From Bigelowiella natans CCMP2755 (taxonomy: Eukaryota > Protista > Cercozoa), in the NCBI GenBank assembly GCA_000320545.1, contig ADNK01000002.1, positions 186,001 to 250,000 on the forward strand: DNA of 64,000 bases, read 5' to 3'. The notes beneath the pieces are model-generated. The model saw only the letters and a list, made by a program, of their open reading frames with translations. It was not told the DNA's origin and searched no databases. Position 1 is the stretch's first letter, and each line of letters starts with the position of its first letter. The position numbers were made by a program, and so were the translations under genes. Of this stretch, positions 39,017 to 52,093 are shown piece by piece.

Positions 39017-40671
39017 CCTTGATGTGATTGCTCCGCCCCCTGTCTCAGCCCTATTGCTTATAAACCGAGACGTGTTACAAGAAACTTTCTCCGAAGCTGC
39101 AATAGCGCCCCCAGACCTACCGGTGATAATGATGATGATGATGATATGATGGGGAAGATGATAACAGTACTAATTGTTTGTAGCTATTACCCAACTAGGG
39201 CTTGGCAGCCCTGAAAGAGAGAATTCCTGACTTGAACGTTCTTTGCATAAATTGCCCCCCCATGATAAATCGCCGCTTTATGGAAAAACTGCGAATCTTC
39301 GACTATTAAAGTTCCCGTGCTATTATTATTATTATTAATTAATATTAATATTAATATTATGCAGAAGACAGAGTAGAGTATCATTGGTAAATATGTTTCA
39401 GATATTACTGTGACTCATCGAGAAAAGTGCTGTTACGTGCGTAATACGGTAAATATCGAGCTGCATTTTTTCTTCCAACTCACCCCGCATGGATGGAACC
39501 TCCTAGATGTGGAGATGCACGAGGATCTCCTCTCGAGGTAATGTTTCTCACAGCAACTAATACTAGTTCCGACATTTCTGGATCATCACCACCCGATGCT
39601 CCTCCAAGTTGAACAATGTCTCTGATTAAAATAAATCATATCAATCACGATCAAGACACCAGCGTCTGCTTCATCATTTGAGAAGAATATCGTCGAATAG
39701 AGGATATGTGAGAAAGTTAGCGCCTCAGCACCATAAGTGTTGTCATCACCACGACCGTCTTCGTTGTCGTCATCATCATCATCACCATCATGAGTATGAT
39801 TATCATCATTATCATCATAAAATGCTACTAGTATGAGTACGTACCCCGCATTGTTCTCAAACAAGGTGTTGGTGACGTTGATGATATTCCCCGCCACTGC
39901 TCGGGTATGAGTTGTGTCTCTAAATCCGATAAAACGACATTCACTGGCTACTATTTTATAACCAACAATTCCTTGATGTATGGATACATCATCTAGAGAT
40001 CCTAACTTCTTGGTATCAGAGAAGTTTGACCGCTCAATCGTCATTTCGGCTCGCTGAGCTCCTCCTCCGTAGACTATACTGCGAGATGAATGCGCTTGGA
40101 AACTGCTTTCATCGATATCAACTGTGGTGTAGTTGTTTATACACGGGGGCGATAAAAAGACTACTGCACCGACTGGATTTTCGCAGAACCGAACATCCAC
40201 AGATTTCATACTAATACTTGAGCGTGCTAAAAGATTTGCTTCATATAAGCAATCACCATACGGTGTTGTGCCCCACCTATCATATGCACTGTATTGCAAT
40301 ACTTTAGCGTTATCAACAACAACATCTTCAAAATGAGTTGTAGTTGTGTTAAGTCCCGAGATAGAGATAAGGGCTGTTTCTACAGTGGAGATATTCAAGA
40401 AACGTGCATTCTGTACTTGTATGAAGGAGGAGACGTTTGCACCGGAGGCAGTAGTTGTGGGGCAGTTGTTCGGATGATGATCAACTACTTGAGAACTCAA
40501 TTGCTGTGTGATTATTAGTAGTAGATATTAGATAACGATTAGAGACTCAGCGGTGGAAAATGTGAAAAGTAGCTCTTTATCATACTATTATTGTTGTCAC
40601 CATCATCATCATCATCTTCTTCTTCTTCTTCTTCTTCTAAGGAAATGTGATTCATTGTTAGTTTCCTCTTC

Positions 40672-40711
<40 letters not shown>

Positions 40712-41626
40712 ATTCTTCTCTTACCTGCTACTTAACTTACTTACTTACTTACTCACTTACTCACCGGTGTTGGCGAATAAAAGGTGGGTGCAGCAGTTGC
40801 TGTGGATGTATTTCCCCCCTCCACCATTAACAACACAACTCCCGTAGAGTCGGCCACGTAGATGTCGTCAGCAAGGAATGAGAAATGTGCTGTTCTTGCT
40901 ACTGATGATGATGACGATGATGATGGGGGAGGTATAGGCCCGGATGAAAAGACGTGCAAAGGGCTGAAAGTGGTGAGAGATGTAACTCGTTCCATTCTTA
41001 GTCCTGATACTTCGTAGGAAAGGAGGGAGGTAGAGAGGAGGATATCATTGTTCAGAGGAGTGCTACTAGTATTTATCGTCGTCATCATGAGCGTGAAAAG
41101 AGATAAAGCCGGTCGTCCTCCCAGGAACAAGTGATTATCACGTACCAAATCCGATAATTGTATTTTGGAAAGTGTGAGCTTAGATGTGTGGGATGGTGGC
41201 GGTGATAATGAGGAGGGAGATGAGGATGATAGACTTGGCCGGAAATAAACTAAACCAAATTCGTTTAAGTAGCTTCTTTTGATCGATACATTGCGAAGAT
41301 TAATTGAGAAGGAGGAGGACGTCGTAGTAGAAGCATTGGTTGTAGCCGTATTGGTATGATGGTAGGTGTGACCGTTATGGAGAAGAAGTGAATGACTGCA
41401 GTTTGAGATCTGAACATTTTCCATCGACATCGTCCTCATGGAAACAGCAGACGATGAAAGTGATGACGAACGCAAAGCAATAAGCGAGGGAGCTTTCTCA
41501 AAAACGAGTCGGTCGGGAAACATAGTGGATATCACCTCTGATGACGGCGTGATAAGGCATGAAAAACCATACCGTCTTGAATCAAACCTAATATACGCAC
41601 CATTAATAAATATCAACATATATATG

Positions 41627-41666
<40 letters not shown>

Positions 41667-43037
41667 CGCATCAGTATCAGCAGCAGCACCACCACCATCA
41701 CATCGTATTCGGGAGATTATGTTCTCCCCCTTCTCTGCACCTCCTCTCTCTTCTCGCTCTCTCTTTCTCTCTGTTTCTCTTCCTCTTCGTGTCATCGTAT
41801 TAGTCGTATTAGCCTCTACTAGGTACTACTAGGTAGTAGTAGCTGCTACCCATATTGTGGAGCGAGAATATTATAGCATGGTGCAGCTGCAAGGGACTGT
41901 GCTGTTTCTTCTGACTTGACAGCTGCTTCCAGGCTGACGGCAGTAACAGTACCGTTATCCTCCGCCCTCACCTCCAAGAACCGAACTATGTTATCTCCTC
42001 CTCCTCCCACCTTATTACTAATGGCTGTAGATATGTTTCCAAGAAACAGTTGCAGCTCAGTTGTATCTGGTGGGGGGGCAGGGTATTGCGGAAATCGAAT
42101 GTGGAGTCTAACTTTGAGTTTGGGCGGTGTGAAGAGAGGTAAGGAGGGTACATTTGAAAAGTGGATATGTTCTAAACGTATGGTGCTTGTTCCTCCTCCT
42201 CTCACCACATCCCTTGACGACAAGGTGAAGTGATTGTGTGTGCTATCACTAGTAGTGCTTCTAACATCATCTTCCAAAACAATATGACTGAGCCTGCTGT
42301 TCGTTACTCGCAAATCAGATACTACTACTTCAAAAAGAGGTTTCACAACAGCAGCAGCAGCGGCAGCACTTGATGATTCTCTTCTGAGTATGCTGGTTGG
42401 CAAATAATCAGTAGGCCCTATTATTCCTGAAATGTGCAGCAGTGCTATTGTTGTTACTGATGTGGTGGTTGTGTTTTGGGGGAGTGAAGACGAAGATGAT
42501 GATGACGAGTAATAGGCTAATAATCTCTGTTGTTCTACTTCGTCAGTAAGAAAGTCATCGATGTAGCTATTTTCGTAATTAATCCCTGACATCTCAATTC
42601 GAGTAGTGGTGGTATTAGCGCCCCCACCACCACCACCACCCAAAATAGCAACATGAGACACAATCATGCTTTCTGACAAGTAGGAATAGTGATCATTCGA
42701 GTAGTTCTTCTGCAGCTTGCATCCTATATAGCTCACTTCTTTCAGGGAAATACTGCTGCTGCCTTTGCCATAGCCACCATCTAGTTGCTGCAGTAAGATG
42801 GTTGTTGCGCCGATATTTTCGGTAAAATTTAAACCAAATATTGAAATATTCATCAATGTCTTCATGAAGACGATGTTGTCGCCAACAAAATATGACGACG
42901 ACGACGATGATGATGATGATGATGATGATGATAATGATGGTGACGATGACAACGAACCATTTGCACTTTTCGTAAAACCACTCGTTGCCCTTATAAAAAC
43001 TGCAGCAGTCGCATTATTCGTTGTAGCATCAGCCGTG

Positions 43038-43072
<35 letters not shown>

Positions 43073-43641
43073 TGCTGTTGTTATTGTTCTGTTTACACTT
43101 TCGAATCTAACCCGTGAAAATGTCGTGTCTGAAACGCAGACCGTCATCGTCCTCGTTGTGTAATTATGATGATGATGCATAAGATCTATCCTGTCGGCAA
43201 GCATGACCTCTTTCAAGATTGCTGTGATGTTGTTTTGAGGATGAGGTGGCTCCGCTACAAATGCTGCATCAGTGATAGTTACGTTAGAAACATGCAGGCC
43301 TATTGCCCGCAGAGTGCTGCCAGGAACACTTGTTCGTGCAATGAAAGCAATGCTAGAGGAGGAGAGAGCGGAGGAAGTGTGTTGTCCTCCCCCTCCTTGT
43401 ATAGAGACGTCGATGAGAGTGAGAGAAGAAGGGTTTGACGAGGAAGAAGAGGGTAGGAACCGGCTATTTTCCAAATAAAACAATCCGTCATTGTGATGAT
43501 GACGACTATCAGATGGCGGTAAATCTGATATAGTTGAATTAACGATGAAAATGTTGCCAGTTCCAATTAAATGCAGTGGACCACAATTCGCCAGTATTCC
43601 GAACGAAATTACAACCTGAAAGATAAACTAATGTCATAAAA

Positions 43642-43698
<57 letters not shown>

Positions 43699-43731
43699 TA
43701 CTCCTCTCTCTCTCTCTCTCTCTCTTCTCAT

Positions 43732-43774
<43 letters not shown>

Positions 43775-44111
43775 TGATATCATCGTATTATACACTAGTA
43801 TTCAAGTATTTGTATTAGCTGTTTTGCATCATCTTTGAAAATAATATTTGATAATCTAAATCTCAACTGTAGGAAACTTTAATCTAGAATATGTTAGTTA
43901 GTCTTTATTTGATGAAACGACGATGAATACTACATTTTCGAATCTGATCGAGAAGTTTTGAGGCACCGACTGCGTGGCATTGTAGTTGGAAGCGTTGCTG
44001 CTAGCAGATAACCATGGATTGAATGATGGTGTTATGCTTGCCATCCCCAAAGCTTCAGAGTCACTAAAGCACGTAATAACACTGCTGGGACCATCGCCTG
44101 TTATTCCGATA

Positions 44112-44153
<42 letters not shown>

Positions 44154-44228
44154 ATAAATATTCACTCAAGTTGCTTCGATAAAGATATAGTACTATAACT
44201 ACCATGGCGGTGGTGCACAAGGGCGTAA

Positions 44229-44277
<49 letters not shown>

Positions 44278-44611
44278 CATTATGTCGTGTTCCATACGTT
44301 GCAAAGATGCATGATGAATGAATATAAACATCATTTCTCTTCATCTTAGAACTATCGTGCCACTCCAATTTTCTTTTTCCTCATCGCAATAATACCAATA
44401 ATGACGACATTTTGTCTCCTCCTCCCATCTTCGTCGATTAGAGGCAGGTTCTGTGTCTGTGAATACTTTGTTGCGCTAGATGGAGAGTAAATACTAGGCC
44501 CCCCAAGCTGGTATGTGGTGTTAGCTGCCAAGGAAAAAGTAGTAGTAGTAGAAGTAGTGGTAGTGGTGGTGGTGCTACTGCTACTACTACTGCTGCTACT
44601 GAAAGAAGAAG

Positions 44612-44642
<31 letters not shown>

Positions 44643-44954
44643 GCCGACGCTCGTGGCCTTTGCTGCGGACACAGTTGGCACTGCGGTGTCGAAGAAGAAG
44701 AAGACAAAAAGTCCCAAAAGGAGCAAAGTGACGGTGGCCAGTCTACCATTTCTTTCATTAAAAAGACAGAGATGTATATACACAACCAATCAGCTAGAAG
44801 CAATGATCATACGACCCTAATTACTTCTACTTACACTTTGACTAACTTCACCTACTACATTGCCACTTTTGCCAGGCTACACTAACGAATATTACCTTGG
44901 CGCTTGTCTGCCAATTTTGCAGCCACGAGTAGTACAATGGCATTGTAAGGACAT
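29055..44954 (-). CDS. Giant predicted cell-surface protein: signal peptide, Ser/Thr-rich region, long right-handed beta-helix (Pmp-like GGAI/FxxN repeats), Cys-rich repeats and a C-terminal multi-pass (~7 TM) domain; >20 exons
   Basis: Co-oriented exons carry many GGAI/GGAL/FxxNxA repeats (33-39 kb) and Cys-rich modules (CQKC...CYFCPMNS, CTACPSGGDC, CAAGYSGVLCTEC..GRFG..CEKC). The TM region includes PNFDC, ELFNC, DMSQRCY, LYNGYKPEFYYFEI and PFQD. Exon 44896-44954 joins in phase to the hydrophobic LATVTLLLLGLFVFFFF. That this is one gene is inferred. Confidence 0.8.
43641..43770. repeat. Compound intronic microsatellite (CT)n-(GT)n-(CT)n-(TA)n, representative of dozens of SSR tracts in the window
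   Basis: Directly visible. Similar compound tracts occur at ~2225-2356, ~8205-8290, ~9830-9890 and ~48142-48241, along with many (GAT)n, (TAG)n and (CTG)n tracts in introns. Confidence 0.97.
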
Positions 44955-45278
44955 GTGTCCAACTACTGCGACGGTTGGGAGGAGAAAGCTTTTAGGGATA
45001 TTAAGCCTCCGCTGTAATAATTCGTGGGTGCTACTTTCTGCCTATCTACCCACCACCCGTGGTATACATCTGACGAATACAGAATGGAACTTATATGCGC
45101 GTAAGAGCAGCTTGAAGACCGGCTGACCTTCGCCCTCCTGCTCCGGAGTGTTCTATTTGCGCTCGCCTCGGATTAGCAATGTGAGCATTATTTCACGTTG
45201 GTTTTGGGTCCTTGCGACAACGTAATCCCGTGCATAATCGTGTAAAATAGCCTGCGTTTTATCCTTTCTGCTTATTCA

Positions 45279-45791
45279 ATGACAGAACCCATCATGGCAG
45301 CATCCGAGCTCCAAGTGCACACACGCCTTCGCTTGGACATCGAGAATATGGTATTGATGTGTCTATGCTAGAAACCATCCTGTTGTTGTAATGCTACGCT
45401 GTAAAGCATATTCTAATCTATGTAATTGTGTTTTATAGACCAACGCGATCGAGGACTTGGCCAAAGACATCAACGGCAGCAACGACTCAAACGTGATAAA
45501 TAATTTTGCTGCTTTCGAGCAAGTTTTTTTTTTTCTGAAGCAATGACAGTATTGTTGTCCAACTTAAACAATTAGATTAAAGCATCATTGGATGCAATGA
45601 TAGCAGTGGACGAGGACGTAACCGCGACTGAAAGGGTAACATGTAGATAGATAGCGCTCGCTTGCCAACGCCCATTTCAGCAGTGCAACTAAAAAGTTCC
45701 TTACTTATGCGTTGAATCTATAAAGTCGTTACAGCGGATGGAAATGCATCTTCAGGGGATACGTATTCTAATGAAAAAAATACGGAAGTAA
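45279..45791 (+). CDS. Small (~83 aa) coiled-coil protein resembling BORC complex subunit 7; 4 exons, absent from the ORF track
   Basis: Four phase-0 exons (45279-45350, 45439-45492, 45576-45635, 45726-45791) with GT..AG introns give MTEPIMAASELQVHTRLRLDIENMTNAIEDLAKDINGSNDSNIKASLDAMIAVDEDVTATERSLQRMEMHLQGIRILMKKIRK*. The BORCS7 resemblance is by eye only. Confidence 0.7.
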
Positions 45792-46484
45792 GTAGACGTA
45801 TTCACATCCAAAGATGAGCCTATTTTTCTTAAATGCGAACACTGATGAGACAATCAACATATATAGCCTGGCACCATATACATAGCTCATGAGATTCACA
45901 TAGACGTTGATGTGTACAGGCCAGCAAAGACAATACCAAACCTGATAGATAGAACCCCGCAGTGTTAAATTGCTATTATTTAGATGATGAGCAGACCATA
46001 ATGCTGACACTAGAATGATGGCACATATAGAGAGAGTAGTCGATCATCAGCCAGATCCATGCGGCTAGAAGTAATGGCAATAGGTCATGCTGTGTATATA
46101 TGATGTTCTACGATTACAAATACAATGAACCAAGGACAACCGTTACGCAACGTTCCTGCATGCTACACGCATAATGACAAAATGTATAGATGTGGCGCAT
46201 GTGTGCTATAGCTTCTGCACGTATTATCACCACGATACAAAACGACCACAACTCATCGGAAATAGCAATCAGTACATTTGGCTGCTATGGAAGTACCTTT
46301 CTGTGATAGAGCACCGTTCCACCTTGCCCCTATTGTTATCGACGGCGGGGGCGAGGGGGGGGACACCGAACAACACGATGAAGAAATCACACATCAACGC
46401 CAAGTTCACGTAGTAGTATCATAGAAATAGAGAGCGATCTATACTGTATACCGCCTTTTTAGCTACGCAATCTCACCCAAAAGT

Positions 46485-46531
<47 letters not shown>

Positions 46532-47408
46532 CACTTTTTCCTCTCTCTCTAGCATTGCAACCCACCCCCCCGCCCCCCTCCTTCTTGGAATTAAAAAAAA
46601 GAGTTTGGTGCTATTATTATCGACGTGAAATACTACCGGGAAAAGGAGAGCGTGGCTATACTTCCTTCTCCTCGTCCTCATCATCATGCATGTGAGTATA
46701 TTTATAGTCGATTAGATGTAAAAAAACTGTGTATCGAACAGTATGAATCGGAGGAAGGCTGTATGTGCACATAAATCATAAATATGCACGTAGCTATGAA
46801 TGCAATCATGTTACCAGTGACTCTATAAAAGGTATGCGTTGCAGCTAGAATTGTATTCAACGTCCGTGCAGAATCGCTATCGATCACTAGATACGCGGTG
46901 CTAGCTGCGCAGTCTAGATGTACATCACTAGATCACTAGTTCATGCGTGACCATTGCGAGATGAACATTGTGTGGCAATAACGATGCAACGAAGCCGTGT
47001 GCATGCAACATCTAGGATGCGCGTATGATATGAGAACACAATAAACAAGCGTCTAGCCAGACTTGGTGAATCGATTGTACTTTACAGCATACGCCATGAA
47101 CGCATCATAAACATGATACGAAGTTTCATTTGCTTTAATAACAACCACAGCTCATGCGTTGCTGGCCAAGGAGCAGACTACATTCCATGCTTACAGCTTG
47201 GTTGACCAAGCAGCCACGCTAATTAATATTGAGCATTCGCAGCCCTGTACGAGAAATGCTATGACTTGCCAATGCATAGTTTCGTATAATATATGGACGA
47301 CGTGCCGCATGTGCAACGGTTTCATAATATGAAGTGTCAACAGTTATCGGAAAAACGCAGTGATTTATTATAAATGAATAGTATATTCTATCATCATGAT
47401 ATCATCAT

Positions 47409-48140
47409 TCACCACGAATCAGCCATGGTATACGCAGCTGCCCTATTCTGTGACTCAAAAGCATACATCGCTGCCTCATCGGTACCCATTCTTTTATTGA
47501 CAGAATCGGTTGCATGAACGATTTGCTTGTCTGACTCCCCGTCTCCTTTCTTCTCAGAGATGTACGCTACAATGGCGGTGATATTATCATCACTTCCCAG
47601 CTGTAGAGCGTCGCCAACAATGCTAATCACGACGGAAACGAGAAAAACTGAGATAGAGATTACAATCTGCATTAGTGACATGATCGTACCTTTTAGAACC
47701 ATAGTCAGCATGCTTGACTGTATTGTTGAGAATATCAACTGTTCTCTGGGGTGAAAGTACGTCCCTAACGGAGAAGAAAGAAAAGTAATGAACAACGGAA
47801 TAATATTAAAACCAGCACACTACTTTCTATCCAAAATTATCATGCTAAATTATCATGAGCGGAAAGAACTTATTATGCAGTAAACTCGTGCTCGTTTAGT
47901 ACCAGAGCCCATCAGTAGCAACAACGAGAAACTCGTCTCCAGGTTTGAGCAGATACTCATAAATCTATAATAATAACATGAATGATAAATAAGGGAGACG
48001 AAATAAATAGAAAGAAATGGAAGGAGTCCTTTCTCACAACCCTATCTCAACATGAAAAGGAAGGAAGGAAGAAGAAGAAGAAGAAAAAGTAGGAGAAGAA
48101 CTCCTTTCTCAATCGAAACAATAGAAAGAAGGTTCATAAC

Positions 48141-48183
<43 letters not shown>

Positions 48184-48211
48184 AATCACAAAATGCAATA
48201 AACACAACATG

Positions 48212-48245
<34 letters not shown>

Positions 48246-49486
48246 GTGCGGGCGCGCACATGCTGTACTAGTAGAAATGAAGGCGGGAGAATCACTGCCG
48301 CTACACCCAATGTGTGTGCAGACGTATTATCAGTTTGAGAGAGAGGGGAGGGAGGGGGGGGAAGAGGAAGAGAGAGATCATCATCTTGCATGCATCATTC
48401 AAAATAACAAGAAAATTAAAAGATATCAAAATATACACACTGGCATGCACATGCAGAAGCAAAGACGAGGCTCTGCAAATCATACCTCTGGCTCCGAAGT
48501 GAGGTACTTTGCGATTTTCCTATCACCGATGGCCCTGGAAACCTGAACGACACCACCTGTTCGGAGCTTGCCATCTTTAGTAAGCTTCACAAATCCTCCT
48601 CGGCTTTCAATGTCCTCCCTCTCTTTCTCATCGGAAGCAAGATGCATTTTGTTTAATGCAATTGCTTCGGTGCCACGGCACAGCACCGCCATGGAGTCCC
48701 CAGCATTTGCAACATACATCTTCCTCCCAGATATCAACACAGTGCATGCTGTGGTACCTTTAGGTATTTTTAAAAGCATACAGTAACAATATGTTCAGGC
48801 TACAACTTTGACTTCTTTTTCTCTCTTTTCAATAATACCAGAAACATCCTCCGCAAATTCGGCGGATTTTAGAAATTCCTGGTTCAGAAGATAGTGTGCT
48901 TGCTTTAGAACAGCCTGGCAAATAATCATATGAAGTAGCATTATCATCATTGCTGTCAGCTACCACATAGTAAGTAGCAATACCTTGGGATCTTTCTTCT
49001 CCTGAATAGGTTTTAGCAGCTCAGGCAGTGCCGATGAGACGAATTTGGCTGCTCCATCTCCTCCATGACCATCATATACACCAAATAAGTGAAGATCTTT
49101 GTTACCGAATAGATTATGTTTGACGATATGGTAGTCTTCCATATATCCTCGTTTTCCCATTGTTGATATCACGCCTCCTCTTATAGATGGCGGAGGTGGA
49201 AGATTACTACTATTAGCCTCTTCTTTTTTCTTCTCTTCATCAAATTTTAACTCTGGCAGGGCCTCTGTGCGTGGCTTGATGTACTGTTTTGGAGCTAATG
49301 GATGAACAGCAGACCAAATCAAAGAATAGATATTGATGATAATTAGATAATATTTTCGAGAAATAAAACACATCTACGCAACTACAAACTCCTAAGTTTG
49401 TACTGGTAAGGAAGGAAGAGGAGACGAAGAAGGAAGAGGAAGAGGAATGAGGGTGACGGGAATAACACGCAAATGAATGCAAAGCC

Positions 49487-49523
<37 letters not shown>

Positions 49524-50423
49524 ACTGTCACCACTTTCTATCCCTCTTCTCTTTATTTAAAGCGGTTTTTAACACCTTCAATTTTTGGTGCATTTTTGAT
49601 AGCAGTATCCAGCATAAGCTTCCGCTCCTTATCTTTCGCATTCACCTAGATGACACAGATGGGAGTGAGTACCAAGGGAAGTTGTCATAATGGCAGCAAG
49701 GAAGAACTACAATTCTCCTCCTATTCAACCACCTTGGAGACAAGGCCTTCTAATACTTTGACAGCTTCCGATGCTGTAGGACGGTCTTTAGCTTCAGGAG
49801 CCCAGCATTTCTTCATGAGAGAAAACAATTCCTTTTCACAGTCGGATGGCGAATTGGAATGAGGGGGGGTAATATCAGGCCTAAGATCATCCTTGCAGAT
49901 TGCTTTCATCAAGGACAATCTGTCGTAGCGGGTATCGACAACAGTGTAAAAGTTTTCCGTATCCTTTTCTGCGCCCATATATCTGCGTAATTTAAAAGCA
50001 AGAGTGCTCTTAAGAAGTTAAATGAGAGCGAATAGGAGAAAACCTACGATATCAATATATCTTCACTACGTTCTTCAGATGTTAAAAGAAAATGTTCATT
50101 TCTCCTCATTGTTATTTTCTCATCCACAAGAAACTTTTACGTACGGTAAGTGGCCCGTGTAGAGTTCATTCATTGAGACGCCAAGAGCATATATATCACA
50201 TGCACGTGTGTGGCTGAAGAAGTAATGGATGGAAGAAACATTTGTGTAAGGTATCCTAGGCAGTAATTTCAGAAGCATAGCAATTGCATTCATCTGCAGC
50301 TTTCCTTCTGTCTCTCTTTCATTCTTCTCCTTTTCTTGTTCACTTCTTTAAAATTTTCATATTTTTTTTTAAACTCATATCATTTCAAATTCTATCATCA
50401 CCATGAGCACAACCACAGCTGCA

Positions 50424-50454
<31 letters not shown>

Positions 50455-51327
50455 AAACCACAAAATGTTACTAACTTTTTCCTCAGGAACAACTCAGGAG
50501 CCATGTACTCGAACGTCCCCATGATTTTCTTGAATCCTGCGCTCGGTCTTGTTGGCCTTTTGATTGCATCCCCCTCATCTAAAAGCTAGGTACCGAAGGG
50601 AGACAAAGGAAATACTACTCAGAATATATTCATGAAAAGAGTCGAAGAACCACCTTTTTTTCGTATTCTGCTAGGCCAAAATCGGTCAGTGTTGCAACCC
50701 CATCATTCCCAAGCAGGAGATTATGAGGCTTGATCTTGATATATACCATCCCAATATTCCATAAAAATGATAGATAATCAAAATAGGAATCATGATAAAT
50801 AATTATGATAAACTGTGGTGAATAACTCAACTCACGTCTCTGTGGATGACACCCGAGTTGTGCATATTCTCGATTGCACGAGCGAGATCCAGGCAGAAGA
50901 GTACAACAAGCTTGAAATCCTTTTGGACTGGAACTAGTCGAAGATGCATCAGCTCATACATACTCCCGTGTGGCTTCCACGGAAGAATGTAGGCGTAGTT
51001 CGGAGCAGTCTCGCAAACAGCCAACGGTTTAATGATATTTTTGCACTTGAGCTGCTTCATAATTGCAAGTTCCTGATCGAAGCGATCAAAGCAGTCGGAA
51101 TCTGTAATTTTTATCTGAAAACAGATATTTCATAATCAGAATTTAGTTCGATGCGGATTTGATTTCACTTTACCCACCTTTTTAACGACAACCGTCTCGC
51201 CCTTTACGGAGTCACCTGTGAAGACGATGCTCCCGGGTGTCTCACACAAAACTCGTTTACGTTGGGGTACTGTCTTCTTTATTTCGACGGCAACGTTTTC
51301 GTCGACTTCCATTGCTGAGGCTGGCAT
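47409..51327 (-). CDS. Protein kinase - PP2C phosphatase fusion protein; multi-exon
   Basis: Kinase: VVVKK, VIHRD/IKPHN, TDFGLAE, GTFEYMAPE, CDIYALG, CWAPEAKDRP. PP2C: GKRGYMED, FGVYDGHGG, GTTAC, VANAGDS, VSRAIGD, VATDGLWD, GSDDNIT. ATG at 51327; stop at 47409. Confidence 0.93.
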
Positions 51328-52093
51328 CTTACGTACAATTCTGTGCGAATGTGTTTTTCGTGATGTCGCGTGTTTGGTTGACGCCTGAGAAGGTATGAAA
51401 GTTTCAAAAGTTAGAGTTGGTAACCAGGTAAAAGAAATCAAAGTTGTTAGTGTCTACGATTTAATAGGGTTATCATGGAGTGTGGTACTATTCACTACTG
51501 AGGAAGAGTGGCGATCAGGATGTGGAGGATCCACTGAGTGGCAGGCCACGTGTCTACGTACTTGTTGAGTCACTTGTGCTGTCGCATCCGAATAACATAG
51601 GGCATTTACATGCTATGAGCAATGCGCAAATGATGCATGTAGGTGAATGCGGATAGGGGATTTGGGAGCAGAGACATGCATCATTTAGATCTTAGAGCAT
51701 CATCTTGTAGATCTATTTGGGTGTGAAGTGAGTGAAAGAGTGAGTGAGAGTGAGTAGTGAGAGGTTTCCTACCTGTGCTACCTACTTTACTCCGAAAGAA
51801 CATCATTTTTTACTATGCGACAAGGAACAAACAAGATCGCACCCTCAAAATTGTTAGTTGCATAAAAATAAAATAAAGAGAATCAATCAACCATTGAAAT
51901 TAAGTTGCCAACCCCACACCCGAACTTTCTTCCAACGCAACAGGGGAGTACAAGAAAGGGGAAGGAAAAGAACAAAGAGGACGAAAAATTTGGACACGAA
52001 AAGGGAGGCAGAAAACAATCAATCAGAAGAGGAAATCTGTTTCCTCCTTCTTTCTTCCTCAGCGTGAAAGGAATTAAAGTATTCACATCCAAA

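Noticed and set aside
33019-39384. Bacterial (chlamydial Pmp/autotransporter) insertion or contamination
   Set aside because: The repeats are split by spliceosomal introns and lead to a eukaryotic Cys-rich + helical TM region, not a beta-barrel.
41880-42120. Autoproteolytic SEA-like module in the giant protein
   Set aside because: The pattern is only vaguely similar and lacks the GSVVV cleavage motif. It cannot be supported without a profile search.
46174-46887. Additional gene in the BORCS7-like/kinase gap
   Set aside because: The short ORFs run into (CT)n, and I could not build a consistent exon chain or recognise a motif.
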